Shown: in pieces, positions 28,731 through 38,615 of the stretch
Position numbering within the stretch: position 1 is the stretch's first letter
Layout: each line of letters opens with the position of its first letter
Assembly (NCBI GenBank): GCA_963662285.2
Contig: CAXXMV010000006.1
Location: 416,001-480,000, forward strand
Origin: a bacterium
GTDB lineage: Bacteria > Hinthialibacterota > Hinthialibacteria > Hinthialibacterales > Hinthialibacteraceae
DNA: 64,000 nt
Direction: 5' to 3'
Translations under genes and position numbers: made by a program
Notes under the pieces: model-generated
The model's database searches: none
Seen by the model: the letters and a program-made list of their open reading frames with translations, nothing else
Told to the model about the DNA's origin: nothing

Positions 28731-31721
28731 TTACTTGCAGGCGCGGTTGACCGTCATATCCGGTTTTCCGCCCGGCATATCAATTCGTGGTCTTTGCGCC
28801 AACATTTGTTTTACCGAATCAAATGCGGCCAGAATGGCTAGATAGTCGGGGTCGCTGGCGTCCTTAAAAATAGCCTTGCCGCATGTTTCATTCCCACCAG
28901 CCGTTTTTGCCAATGGCGCCGTCAGGAATGTATTGTATTGCGGATCGGTGATTCGCGTCCAAACAGCTCTAGGCATTTTATCAGTTTGATGACATGGAGT
29001 GCATCTCCGTTCCGCCACATCATTCAATACTTCATCTAGTTGATCAGGATAGATGCGTCGACAACCGGTCATTTCCGGATATGCCGTCTCGCTGCTGCCA
29101 TAGTAGGGGACATTCAGATCAATCCAGGCCAGCATCCGGCGAATGCTTAGCGAATCCATCTTGACTCTTGGATCACCCTTGCTATCCGGATGTCCAGTGA
29201 TAATAAGGTCTGCCAAGCGGCTTTGTGGAGAACCCCATGACAATGGAGTCGTCACCAAAATGTTCTGTTCCTGACCGTTATAGGTTGGAATCCAATTGAC
29301 GTATGGGCTGCCTTTGGAACCTTGGTTTTGCCTGGCGAGTATATCATAGGATACATTGAAATAATCCGTCTTGGCGCCAGTCAAATCAATGCCATTCGGC
29401 GTATGACCAGGTTTATGACACTCAACGCAATAACGGTCCAGTACCGGTTGCACTAAACGCGAATAATCAAATCCCCCTACGCCCCATTCCGGTTCTTCCA
29501 ATTCGTTGGGAGCCTCTTTATAAGCCATCTGTGAAGATAATAAGGGAGTCGTATGTCTGGATTCATGGCAGCCGACGCAACCTTGGGTCTCGCCCGGCAT
29601 GAGATGGGTGAAACTCCGCATTCTTTGCAAGGCCCGTCCATGTTTATCCAAAACCATAAAATAAATGGGAACATTGGCGGGAACTTTGAAATAAGCTGAT
29701 CCATCAGGATCAATATCTATTTCTCCCAACACTGTTTTTCCGGCATAGGTCGCTCCACACGATATAACGGGGAATTGAAATCCGAACGCACGCTTTTCCG
29801 GATCAATCCGAACCGTTTTGGGCATCTCCCGCACTACGCGAATACGCTTGATTTCACCCTGTTTAATATGCGGTTTCAAACCGTGATATACATCCTGCAA
29901 ATAGATATAGGCGTATTGTTCCGTCTCTTGGTTCAAATCCAATTGTGCGGGAATCACCGGAGGCCGCGACCGGACGCGCACTGGAATTGGATTGAAATAT
30001 TGGAATCCATCTTGCGGCGCTGGAATCGCTATCGATTGACAATTATCAGTAAATGTCCTGATCAGAACCGGACCCTGGGCGGAAAGAAGCAGCCTTTCTG
30101 AATCAACCGGCCAAGGCCCGCTGTATGGTTTCGGTTCCGGCGTATTGCCGTTTCCTTGATCAACCGCTGGCATCAAGACATCGGGAGTAATGTTGGTAAT
30201 CGCGTCTTGCGTATTCACTCCCTTTGAACGGTCAATGATCCCAATAGCGCCCCGGGTAGGCCCGTTATGCCCGGTCATGGTGCATACAATTTTTTCTGTA
30301 CCGGGGATGGGACGCGCTTCCATAAATGTACCTGGTGACAATACTCCGTTGCCGAAATACATGGAGAGATTTGTCCCATCAGGATGAATAGTCCACAAAC
30401 TTTGAATCGGGATTGCCGGTTTATCCACATATTCCCAACGGCTGTATATAATCCGGCCATCATTGAGTACGTACGGAGTGAAATCGTTGAGATAATTGGC
30501 TGAAAGTTGACGTGCGCCGCTGCCATCCGCATTCATCCGGTATACCACTCCCACCGGAGCGTGCCAGCAATAAGCGAACTGCGGCGACCGGGTGCTCAGA
30601 AAGGCAATACCTCCATCCGGAAGCCAACATGCGTTGTAATCATGCCAGGGGCCATCGGTAAGTTGCGTAAGATTCGATCCATCGGTGTTGATAGTCCACA
30701 GATGATATCCTTCATCCTGGTTTTGCCGCCAACTGAACATGATCTTTGTTGCATCATAAGAAAGGTCGCAATCCAGTATTTGACCTTTGGTCGAGTTGAC
30801 TAATTCTTGCGGTTCTTGAAGGGGATTTTTGGCATCAAATACATACAAACCGCTTCCGGGAGAGAATCCTTCATAATGATAGGTATAAACATGAGAAGCC
30901 AGGATTTCACGCCGTTTGATTGCAATGATTTTATCAACGTCAAACAAAAGAACATCACGCTGTAGTTGGATAAATTTTTCGTCTGATCGGGGCGTCGTAT
31001 TCCCAATGGCTGCTAGTTGCGCTTCATGTCGTTCTGCTATGACATAGTCATCTCCATGTAAATTTTTAAGCCGTACAATAAGGTCTTGCAGTTCATTTGC
31101 ATCTAACGTTTTCACATAAGAAGATGAATTGGTTTTCTGATTTAAAAGCGTTGCCTCTTTGCTTGATAAACGCCTTGGATATATTTCAATTTCTGCAGCG
31201 CCAGGATTCGATCCACCATAAGAACTGGTGAATCGTATAGTCAGGTTTAGCGTTTGAACCGGAGGATCGATAGATATCCTTTGTGGGCCGTGACGCTTCT
31301 CAAAACGTCCCTGTTTGATCGCGTCGTTTGATGAGTCAATAGAAATTTCATAATCCTTCCAGCATTCATTCATTTCCCATGACGTTCGACCATAATAATA
31401 AATCTCCGATATACTTTTTGTTGTTTCCCACTCAAAGCGTATTAAAGAACCATTACGGTGAGTTTCTCCATTCACGCACCATGCTTTTGATGCGTCATTA
31501 TTACTTAAGGCCGCAGGTATTTCTCCATCGGTTGCATAACGCGCTTCGTATGATGAATTGTAATCTGAGTCAGCCTCGACATTGGCTTGTAATGCAAGGT
31601 TTTCCGGCAGAGTTACATTCTCTTTAGACTCTGAACAATAGATCAAAAACATCATGGAAAACAATAGAAGAAAAGAGTGAATGATATATCGCATATTAAA
31701 TTGCCTTTTGATTGAATTCAA
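28731..31721 (-). CDS. HzsA-related (hydrazine synthase alpha-like) beta-propeller c-type cytochrome with N-terminal discoidin/F5-8-like domain
   Basis: ENLALQA.V.ADS..Y.ARYATDG; DGRIIYSRWEYVD; DGSAYFKVPA..PIYF..LD..GRALQRMRS..PGE..GCVGCHE; CxxCH three times (CVGCH, CVECH, CTPCH). Confidence 0.75.
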   Translation of the reverse strand: MNSIKRQFNMRYIIHSFLLLFSMMFLIYCSESKENVTLPENLALQANVEADSDYNSSYEARYATDGEIPAALSNNDASKAWCVNGETHRNGSLIRFEWETTKSISEIYYYGRTSWEMNECWKDYEISIDSSNDAIKQGRFEKRHGPQRISIDPPVQTLNLTIRFTSSYGGSNPGAAEIEIYPRRLSSKEATLLNQKTNSSSYVKTLDANELQDLIVRLKNLHGDDYVIAERHEAQLAAIGNTTPRSDEKFIQLQRDVLLFDVDKIIAIKRREILASHVYTYHYEGFSPGSGLYVFDAKNPLQEPQELVNSTKGQILDCDLSYDATKIMFSWRQNQDEGYHLWTINTDGSNLTQLTDGPWHDYNACWLPDGGIAFLSTRSPQFAYCWHAPVGVVYRMNADGSGARQLSANYLNDFTPYVLNDGRIIYSRWEYVDKPAIPIQSLWTIHPDGTNLSMYFGNGVLSPGTFMEARPIPGTEKIVCTMTGHNGPTRGAIGIIDRSKGVNTQDAITNITPDVLMPAVDQGNGNTPEPKPYSGPWPVDSERLLLSAQGPVLIRTFTDNCQSIAIPAPQDGFQYFNPIPVRVRSRPPVIPAQLDLNQETEQYAYIYLQDVYHGLKPHIKQGEIKRIRVVREMPKTVRIDPEKRAFGFQFPVISCGATYAGKTVLGEIDIDPDGSAYFKVPANVPIYFMVLDKHGRALQRMRSFTHLMPGETQGCVGCHESRHTTPLLSSQMAYKEAPNELEEPEWGVGGFDYSRLVQPVLDRYCVECHKPGHTPNGIDLTGAKTDYFNVSYDILARQNQGSKGSPYVNWIPTYNGQEQNILVTTPLSWGSPQSRLADLIITGHPDSKGDPRVKMDSLSIRRMLAWIDLNVPYYGSSETAYPEMTGCRRIYPDQLDEVLNDVAERRCTPCHQTDKMPRAVWTRITDPQYNTFLTAPLAKTAGGNETCGKAIFKDASDPDYLAILAAFDSVKQMLAQRPRIDMPGGKPDMTVNRACK

Positions 31722-31954
31722 AATTACTATTTTTAATTGGCGTAATTATATTCTCATAACAAATCGCTTAACGTCAAGCATTCTTATTGATTCTCTAACC
31801 GGTTTCAGGCCAAATCAGTCAAGTCCAAATTATAATAGTAGCAAATATGAGTTCTTCCCTTCACTTATATAACTTCGTTTATATAGAATGATTTTAATTT
31901 CCCTGTAGAAAAGTTGAATTTACCAAACGCCATTTAATTAAGTTATTCTATAAT

Positions 31955-32593
31955 ATGCTTTGCAAAGCCTATGTGGACAGGACTGAAATTGTGAAAAAGA
32001 ATGCGTTTACTCTTATAGAACTGCTGATTGTAGTTGCGATTATCGGTATTCTGGCCGCTATTGCTGTTCCCAACTTCCTCAATGCTCAGGTAAGAGCTAA
32101 AGTATCCCGCACCAAAGCCGACTTACGGATGCTTGATAACCAGTCGGCCATCCGTCAAATGGATTGCGGACTATGGCTGATTGATGGGAATGACTGTGAC
32201 GGGAAAATAAATTCCAAGTGCTGTTTCGTTGATGGGTCGAGAATGTTCGGCAAGAAACCCAGTGAAGTGGGGATAGCCAATCCGTCTTTGGGGGATAACC
32301 ACTTCGACGGGCGGATATGGGCTTTGCTGACCACTCCCGTCAGTTATATTTCCTCAATTCCACACGATCCATTCACCAAAGGATTGTTCTACGGGTATGA
32401 GGATAAGGAGTGCTCGAATACTACTGGTACTCATTATTTCATGTTCGCCTCAGGTCCCGATGGCGCCCATGGCAACTGGGGTATGCCCTATAATTCCAGC
32501 AATGGCGTCTCATCAATCGGCGATATCTGGCGCTCCCGTAAACTGCGTGAAGGCGCTTACGATTGGATAGGCAAAGGTGATTCCTGGGAATAA
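31955..32593 (+). CDS. Prepilin-type N-terminal cleavage/methylation domain protein 2
   Basis: KNA|FTLIELLIVVAIIGILAAIAVP; LTTP..Y....P.DPF; SGPDG. True start may be GTG 31991. Confidence 0.9.
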   Translation: MLCKAYVDRTEIVKKNAFTLIELLIVVAIIGILAAIAVPNFLNAQVRAKVSRTKADLRMLDNQSAIRQMDCGLWLIDGNDCDGKINSKCCFVDGSRMFGKKPSEVGIANPSLGDNHFDGRIWALLTTPVSYISSIPHDPFTKGLFYGYEDKECSNTTGTHYFMFASGPDGAHGNWGMPYNSSNGVSSIGDIWRSRKLREGAYDWIGKGDSWE

Positions 32594-32615
32594 TGCATTT
32601 CCTGGAGAACAATAA

Positions 32616-34067
32616 ATGACTCAGGCGATTACACGGAACCGGTCTTTTGTTCTGGTTCTTATGGTATTCGGAACTCTCATGTCACTGGGTTGGGCGATCA
32701 ACGGCATGATTGGCAATGCACCCGGCTCGGCCATTCCCGGCGCCTTCGCCGCGTTGGCGGCGGTAGTTATTATCCGACCGCTGAGTAGTGAATCTAAAGG
32801 GCTACGGCTGACGCGGATTGCGGCTTTTGGAGCCATGGGTTATTGGTTCGGGGGTGAGATGACCTATGGTCAGACATTCAGTCTGATGAATCCCAGTACC
32901 GCTGATGGCGCTTATTATTGGTGGGCGTTATTAGGAGTGGCGGTTAAAGGCGGCGCCTGGAGCGGTGTGGGTGCGGCGTTTATCGGATTGGGTCTGATGG
33001 CCCGGCGATACCGCTGGTATGAAATAGCGCTGCTGGTTCTTGCCATGACGGGCGCTTCGATAGCCGGGCAATGGTTTTTTAATACTCCCAATGCAATTTC
33101 CGGTGTTTTACCTTTGATCAGGTTTTCCTTCGATCCGGCCAATCCCGGTAATCCCGGTCGTACGGAATGCTGGGGCGCTTTATGGAGCGGACTGATTGTT
33201 CTACTGGTTTACGTCCGCTGGTTCAAGAAAGATCGCGTCACATTGCGTTTCGGATTATGCGGCGTCCTGGGCGGCGCCTTGGGATTCGCACTCGGTCAGG
33301 TGTTTCAAGCTTATACATGGTGGCATCCCGCCATCGCGCTTAGACCTTGGATCGATTGGTGGAAAGTCATGGAGTTAACTCATGGCTTTGTGATCGGACT
33401 CTTCCTCGCCTATGCGTCGCTAACCACGCACCGCAGCGAATTGGTTGAGGGCGAACCGGGAAGTAAACCTTTATCGCAGACGGTAGAATGGATCGTCATA
33501 ATCATCTGGTTGACGCTTCTAATTGAGTATTTTGCGCGTAACGAATTTTCTGATTTACTGGCAGCCTTTCCCTTTGTAGTTGGCATCCCTCTCTTCGCTG
33601 CGCTGCTCTCTGCGCGTTGGCTGCCCTGGATTATCGTGGGCGTCCAGGTTCCCCTCGCCACTGGATTAATCTCAGCCAATGAGTGTATGCGCACCTTTCC
33701 CTACGACAACGGCTACAAAACGCCCGAAGGCGTTATGATCAGTCTCTTATCGGTATTGAGTTACGCCTGGCCTATGATTCTTCTGGGAGTAATAATGTGC
33801 GCCATCCCCATCTATATATACTTGTACCGCAAGTCTGATTCGGCCAAGAGTGCAATGTTTATCTTTCATTGCTTCATCGGATATCATGTGATTGCGGTTC
33901 TAATCCAATTTGTTTGGGCCACGCTGCATTTCGCGCCGTCATGGAATATCAACGACCTGTTCTTGTTCTCCCGTCCTTATATCACGCTATCCGTGGTTTA
34001 TATCTTTTTCTGGATAGTTATCATTATCGGTTTTTCCAAAAACAAATTGTTTTCTGAGAATGTATAA
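32616..34067 (+). CDS. Polytopic integral membrane protein of unknown function
   Basis: More than 10 Gly/Ala-rich hydrophobic segments; GGEMTYGQT and DWWKVME..HG motifs; 22 nt after the pilin stop with RBS ggag. Confidence 0.7.
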   Translation: MTQAITRNRSFVLVLMVFGTLMSLGWAINGMIGNAPGSAIPGAFAALAAVVIIRPLSSESKGLRLTRIAAFGAMGYWFGGEMTYGQTFSLMNPSTADGAYYWWALLGVAVKGGAWSGVGAAFIGLGLMARRYRWYEIALLVLAMTGASIAGQWFFNTPNAISGVLPLIRFSFDPANPGNPGRTECWGALWSGLIVLLVYVRWFKKDRVTLRFGLCGVLGGALGFALGQVFQAYTWWHPAIALRPWIDWWKVMELTHGFVIGLFLAYASLTTHRSELVEGEPGSKPLSQTVEWIVIIIWLTLLIEYFARNEFSDLLAAFPFVVGIPLFAALLSARWLPWIIVGVQVPLATGLISANECMRTFPYDNGYKTPEGVMISLLSVLSYAWPMILLGVIMCAIPIYIYLYRKSDSAKSAMFIFHCFIGYHVIAVLIQFVWATLHFAPSWNINDLFLFSRPYITLSVVYIFFWIVIIIGFSKNKLFSENV

Positions 34068-34076
34068 AACTATCAG

Positions 34077-36417
34077 TTATTGGAGTTTTGGCATCGGGAT
34101 AACGCTACCGTTTCTTTGCGCGACTTGTTCTGTTGAAGAGAAACTGCCATAGAAGGATGAGTTGCCATCCAGCCACAGATAAATTATTCTCAATTCTTCA
34201 TCACTCAAATTGACTTTATTCTCTTGAATATGACCGGATAAGATTTGCGGCAATGCGCTGACATCAGCAGGCATATTACCCGGACGGGTCAAAAGAGGCT
34301 CAATCGTATTACCCCCCCCATTCATACCATTTGACGAATGGTTTGATGCTTTCGTATGAGAGCGAAAATTCGTTGAGAGGATCGCTCCTTAAATCGAGGT
34401 GATTTTGTTTATCCGTTTTTGATCCATTATGACAACCGATGCAATGCTGATTGAGAATGGGTTGGATAAGACGGGTATAACTCCAGGGCAGGGAACCGTC
34501 CGGTCCTGGTTTGAGGATTGATGGTTCTCGTAGCATAGCAATGGGGCGTTGCGATGGAGACGTTATGGTTCCAACCGACTCATGACAGCCAACGCATCCC
34601 CGGCGTTCACCCGGCTGGAGGTAAGTGATGCTGCGCATACCCTGAACGGCGCGTCCTGCTTTATCCACTGCTTGAAACATGAGGGGTTTCCGTGCTGGAG
34701 CGCGAAAATATGCTGAACCATCTTTTTCCACAGGAATCGTACCGAGCAGCATGCGGGCGGATTCGGCGTTGGCATATCCCAGGCGGGGTTTATTGGCAAT
34801 GTGAGTTTCGCTTTTGGGAATGACTTGAAAGACGCGCAACTCTCGAATAGGTCTTGATGATGGCAAAGGAAAATGGCTCTTGTTTATATCCGTCAGAAAG
34901 AACTCGCCTTCCTCAACCATATTGGAGTCGAGAGCACTGGGTATAACTGATGGTCTTTCACGCTTACGCAAAGGAATGGGATACATTGATGAAATGCCTT
35001 CTTCGCGATAGAGCAGTTCAAGATTGCCAAATCGATCAAAAAGATAAATTCCGGTCTCTGTATCACGGGTGACATTTGGACCCATCCCTGGCAGGGGATC
35101 ATGGCTGTAAGAGACCAGGAAATAATTTTCTGAAAGAGGCCAGGGGCTGTGAAAATAGGCGTCAGGCCATCCCGGCGCTTCCGGGAAACAGATTTCAGGG
35201 GTCAGGGATTCTATAGAATTAAAATCATCTTGTCCCGTTTTGGCGTCAAGACCTGTTTTATTTGGGTCTAGAATGACCAGCGATCCACCAACGCTGGCAT
35301 GATGCGCTCCTGCCAGAAACATGATTTTATCAGAACCGGGAATGGCGCGGGGTTGATAACACGCATTGATGCGCTGGGTGAAATTCCCGAAAAGCGCATG
35401 TGAATTGCTGCCATCGGGTTTCGTAACCCACAAACCGTGAAAATGAGCTGCGGAACGATCCACATAATCCCATCGGGTATAAATGATCCCTCCATCGTTG
35501 AGCACGCTTGGGTGCCATTCATTGGTTTCGTGGAAAGAGAGTAATTTTATGTTGCTCCCATCGGGATTCATCCGGTGAAGATTATACGACAAAAGCGGTT
35601 CCCACTCGCCGCTGCAGCGAATGAAGCCTCCCCGGCGGGTTGACATGAATGCGATATCTCTATTTGGCAGTTCACATGGATCAAAATAATCGTTCAAGCC
35701 CGAAGTTAATTGATGTAAATTGGTGCCATCAATATCCATAGAGTAAAGTTGGAAACAGCTCCGGTCTGGTGAGTAAAAGTTGGTTTTTCTCTCGTTGCGT
35801 TGGGCAAAGGCAAAGTAAATCTTTCTTGCGTCATAAGTGAGCGACAAGGTGGTAAAGTTACCGCGTGGGAAACGGGCGTCTGTGAGGCTTGTGGTTTTGA
35901 AGGATTTCCCCGGCTCTTCGAGAATGTGAATTCCTCCTCCAGCAATGTCGCCATAGTCATAATAGTATCCCATATATTCGTGAAGCATTTGGCAAATAAA
36001 TCGTCGGCGCTTCATAAAAACGATTCGTTCTGATCCCAACAGAGGATTCTTTAAAGCAGCCGAACGAGATAGCCACCGGATGCTGTAATATAATTCAAGT
36101 CTTTCCTCTTCATTGAAGCCCTCCATGCCTTCGAGTTTTTCCCGAAGACTTTGAAGAATTTCCAAATCACTGGAGGTATTCATCACCATCGGTTCCGTCA
36201 TTTTTGATAAATCATTCAGCAAAATATCGCATCTTTGAAATGCATCCTTGATAGCATTGGGATCGCTTGGCTGTCTGTTTCTCTCAAGTTCCTGCTTACG
36301 CCAGTCTTGTTGAATCGTATCGCAATACAGATCGTTATGTTCTATGGATGCGTGAGTTAGGGAGGATAGAGAGATAAGAATAATAAGAGGAAGAAAATTG
36401 AATATTAGTTGAACCAT
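34077..36417 (-). pseudogene. Second HzsA-related haem-c beta-propeller protein, frameshifted at a G8 tract near its 3' end
   Basis: DGGIIYTRWDYVDR, DGSAYFRAPA, GCVGCHE and CIGCH motifs. ORF 34309-36417 stops at WYEWGG; the remainder (LWLDGN..FYG) is in another frame at 34077-34325. Removing one G at 34312-34319 fuses them. Confidence 0.75.
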
Positions 36418-36946
36418 GGTTTATATGTAATTTCTCCAAGATATTTTAGTCTAGAGTGTTCTCAAAATAAATACGCCCTGAAAACGTTGGATTTGTTACA
36501 AGTTCCGTCTTTTGGGGACTTTTAACAACCACATAGACGCACGCTATTTTGAGAATCGCTCTAATCTACAATATTTCTATAAATATTACTACTTGCCATC
36601 TTGCAAAATAATTAACTTACGTCGAGGAAATAGCGTTTCTGTGAAGCGATTTTCTAAATTATGTTCGATTATTATTGCGTTTGTTTATCGAAAAAGCGAC
36701 CTTTTCCGGTTTTTGCTAATCGCGAATTACAGCGTTATTCTGAAAACCACTCTAACTGCCTGATAAATCATGAAAAATTAGCTGATTTCGGGATATTTAA
36801 AAAAGTTAAAAAAGGAGTTGTAATTGTATCGATTATATATTATAAAGGTATTAAATTAATATTGTTTGTTATTTGTGAAAAAGCGTTGATCTTGAACAAA
36901 TTTTTTTTGTTCAAGAATAAAATACTCAGAGAAAGAGAGGAAAAGA

Positions 36947-38494
36947 ATGTTTAGCAAATCGATTGTATTTAGAACCTGCTTTGTATATCTACCACTTTTC
37001 GCTGTATGTATTTGTTCAAATAGTGTGACTTATGCACAGGAAAGAACAGAGATTACTGCCTATATTCCGCATATCCCGGATATAGCTCCTCCTGTCATAG
37101 ATGGCTACCTGGATGATGAGGCCTGGATTTATGCGACCCAGGGAAATGCTACAGCCAATGCATCAGATTGGTATGTCCGGATCAATCCGGATTTCGATGT
37201 CGATGATCCGGTTCAGACAGGAGCGATAGCTGGTCAGAATAATGGAGATCGACCAGAAGATGATGCAGATGCTTCTTTCCGCGTATGGACATTGTATGAC
37301 GATGAATATCTCTATGTCGCAGTGGCAACGCAGGACTGGGATTACGTCAACCATCTACCTCCAGACAGCGTTAACGAAGCAACATGGTACGAAGATTCCG
37401 TGGAAATCTTTGTGGATGGTGATTTCAGCCGGACTCCGGGAAGTGTAAACAGCCTTCCTGATCCATCTGCAGAATATGCGACAGGCGGACAGTTCGTCAT
37501 AACTTCCGCTGGAGCGATTCGCCACGCAGAAGCAGGAAATCCCGTTTTTGGTGATACGCCGGAAGCGGATTGGTTCGCATCCGTGTTTGATAATGACAAC
37601 GCTGACGGATCGAATTATGAATTCCGCATAAAACTTTCAAAAATCGGAAATCCTGTTTTTGGTAGTAAAATCGGATTTAATGTCGCAATGAATGACGCCG
37701 ACGATTCCGGTTCTTCCAGCGCCGATTATCAAATTCTCTGGACCGGTGCAAGTCATCAAGAAGATACCTATGGGGCGCTCGAATTCGGTAGACGTTCCAT
37801 TACTGCTCCATTGATAACAGACGCAGTTGTAATCGACGGTAAAATGGACGAGTCGATCTGGTCCAGCGCTGCAACTGGTAAGGGTGGTATGCCTTATGGA
37901 CCATATACTGGCAGCACAGTGCCCAAAGACCTGGCCGATCTATCTTTCGACTTTTGGGTCATGCATGATGCGGACTATCTCTATGTCGCCTTTGATGTAA
38001 AAGACGAAGAGGTATTCGCGGACAGCACCGATCCGGAATCAGGAAACGGTAGCACATGGTATGATGACTCGGTGGAAATATTTATCGATGGAAATCACAC
38101 TCATACTTCTGGGCGAACCGGGCAGACCGGATTCCATTTTGGCGGCCAGCTCGTAATTACCACCAACCAATCCTGGCGGGATAACGAAGCCTCCGAAGTT
38201 GAGGTAGTCTTCTATGGTCCTGAAGATGATCGTGATTGGTATGCTCTGACATCATTGACCGATACTGGTTATATTGCCGAATATCGCGTCAAGAAGAGTT
38301 CCCTGTTCGATGATCCAGCCAGGGATGTGATCGGTTTCGACATCTGCGTCAATGAAGACGATTCGGATCCGCCCAACGAAAAGGATGCGGGTCAACAGAT
38401 TACCTGGAATGGTCATTGTCATAATGAAGCGTCTTATGGCGATCTGATTCTAGGCGGCCCTGCCACCAATGTGCTGGATTGGGAAGTATATTAA
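36947..38494 (+). CDS. Secreted tandem CBM9-like (DOMON-type) sugar-binding protein with C-terminal VLDWEVY tail
   Basis: Signal peptide TYA|Q; two copies of IDG..D..W / D..YLYVA...D / WY.DSVEIF.DG / IGF....N.D. Confidence 0.75.
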   Translation: MFSKSIVFRTCFVYLPLFAVCICSNSVTYAQERTEITAYIPHIPDIAPPVIDGYLDDEAWIYATQGNATANASDWYVRINPDFDVDDPVQTGAIAGQNNGDRPEDDADASFRVWTLYDDEYLYVAVATQDWDYVNHLPPDSVNEATWYEDSVEIFVDGDFSRTPGSVNSLPDPSAEYATGGQFVITSAGAIRHAEAGNPVFGDTPEADWFASVFDNDNADGSNYEFRIKLSKIGNPVFGSKIGFNVAMNDADDSGSSSADYQILWTGASHQEDTYGALEFGRRSITAPLITDAVVIDGKMDESIWSSAATGKGGMPYGPYTGSTVPKDLADLSFDFWVMHDADYLYVAFDVKDEEVFADSTDPESGNGSTWYDDSVEIFIDGNHTHTSGRTGQTGFHFGGQLVITTNQSWRDNEASEVEVVFYGPEDDRDWYALTSLTDTGYIAEYRVKKSSLFDDPARDVIGFDICVNEDDSDPPNEKDAGQQITWNGHCHNEASYGDLILGGPATNVLDWEVY

Positions 38495-38527
38495 CGAGTT
38501 ATGGAATCGTTAATCCATTGAATTACG

Positions 38528-38560
38528 AAGGGCTGGATGAACGCTTGTCCAGCCCTTTTT
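38528..38560 (+). terminator. Intrinsic terminator
   Basis: aagggctggatgaacgcttgtccagccc followed by ttttt. Confidence 0.75.
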
Positions 38561-38615
38561 CTTTATAAGTGTTATATTCATTAAAAAATTGCAAAATCAT
38601 CATGAGAATCGTAAT

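Noticed and set aside
28731-36417. Anammox hydrazine synthase
   Set aside because: Only alpha-like paralogues are present, with no hzsB/hzsC/hao, and the context is carbohydrate-related.
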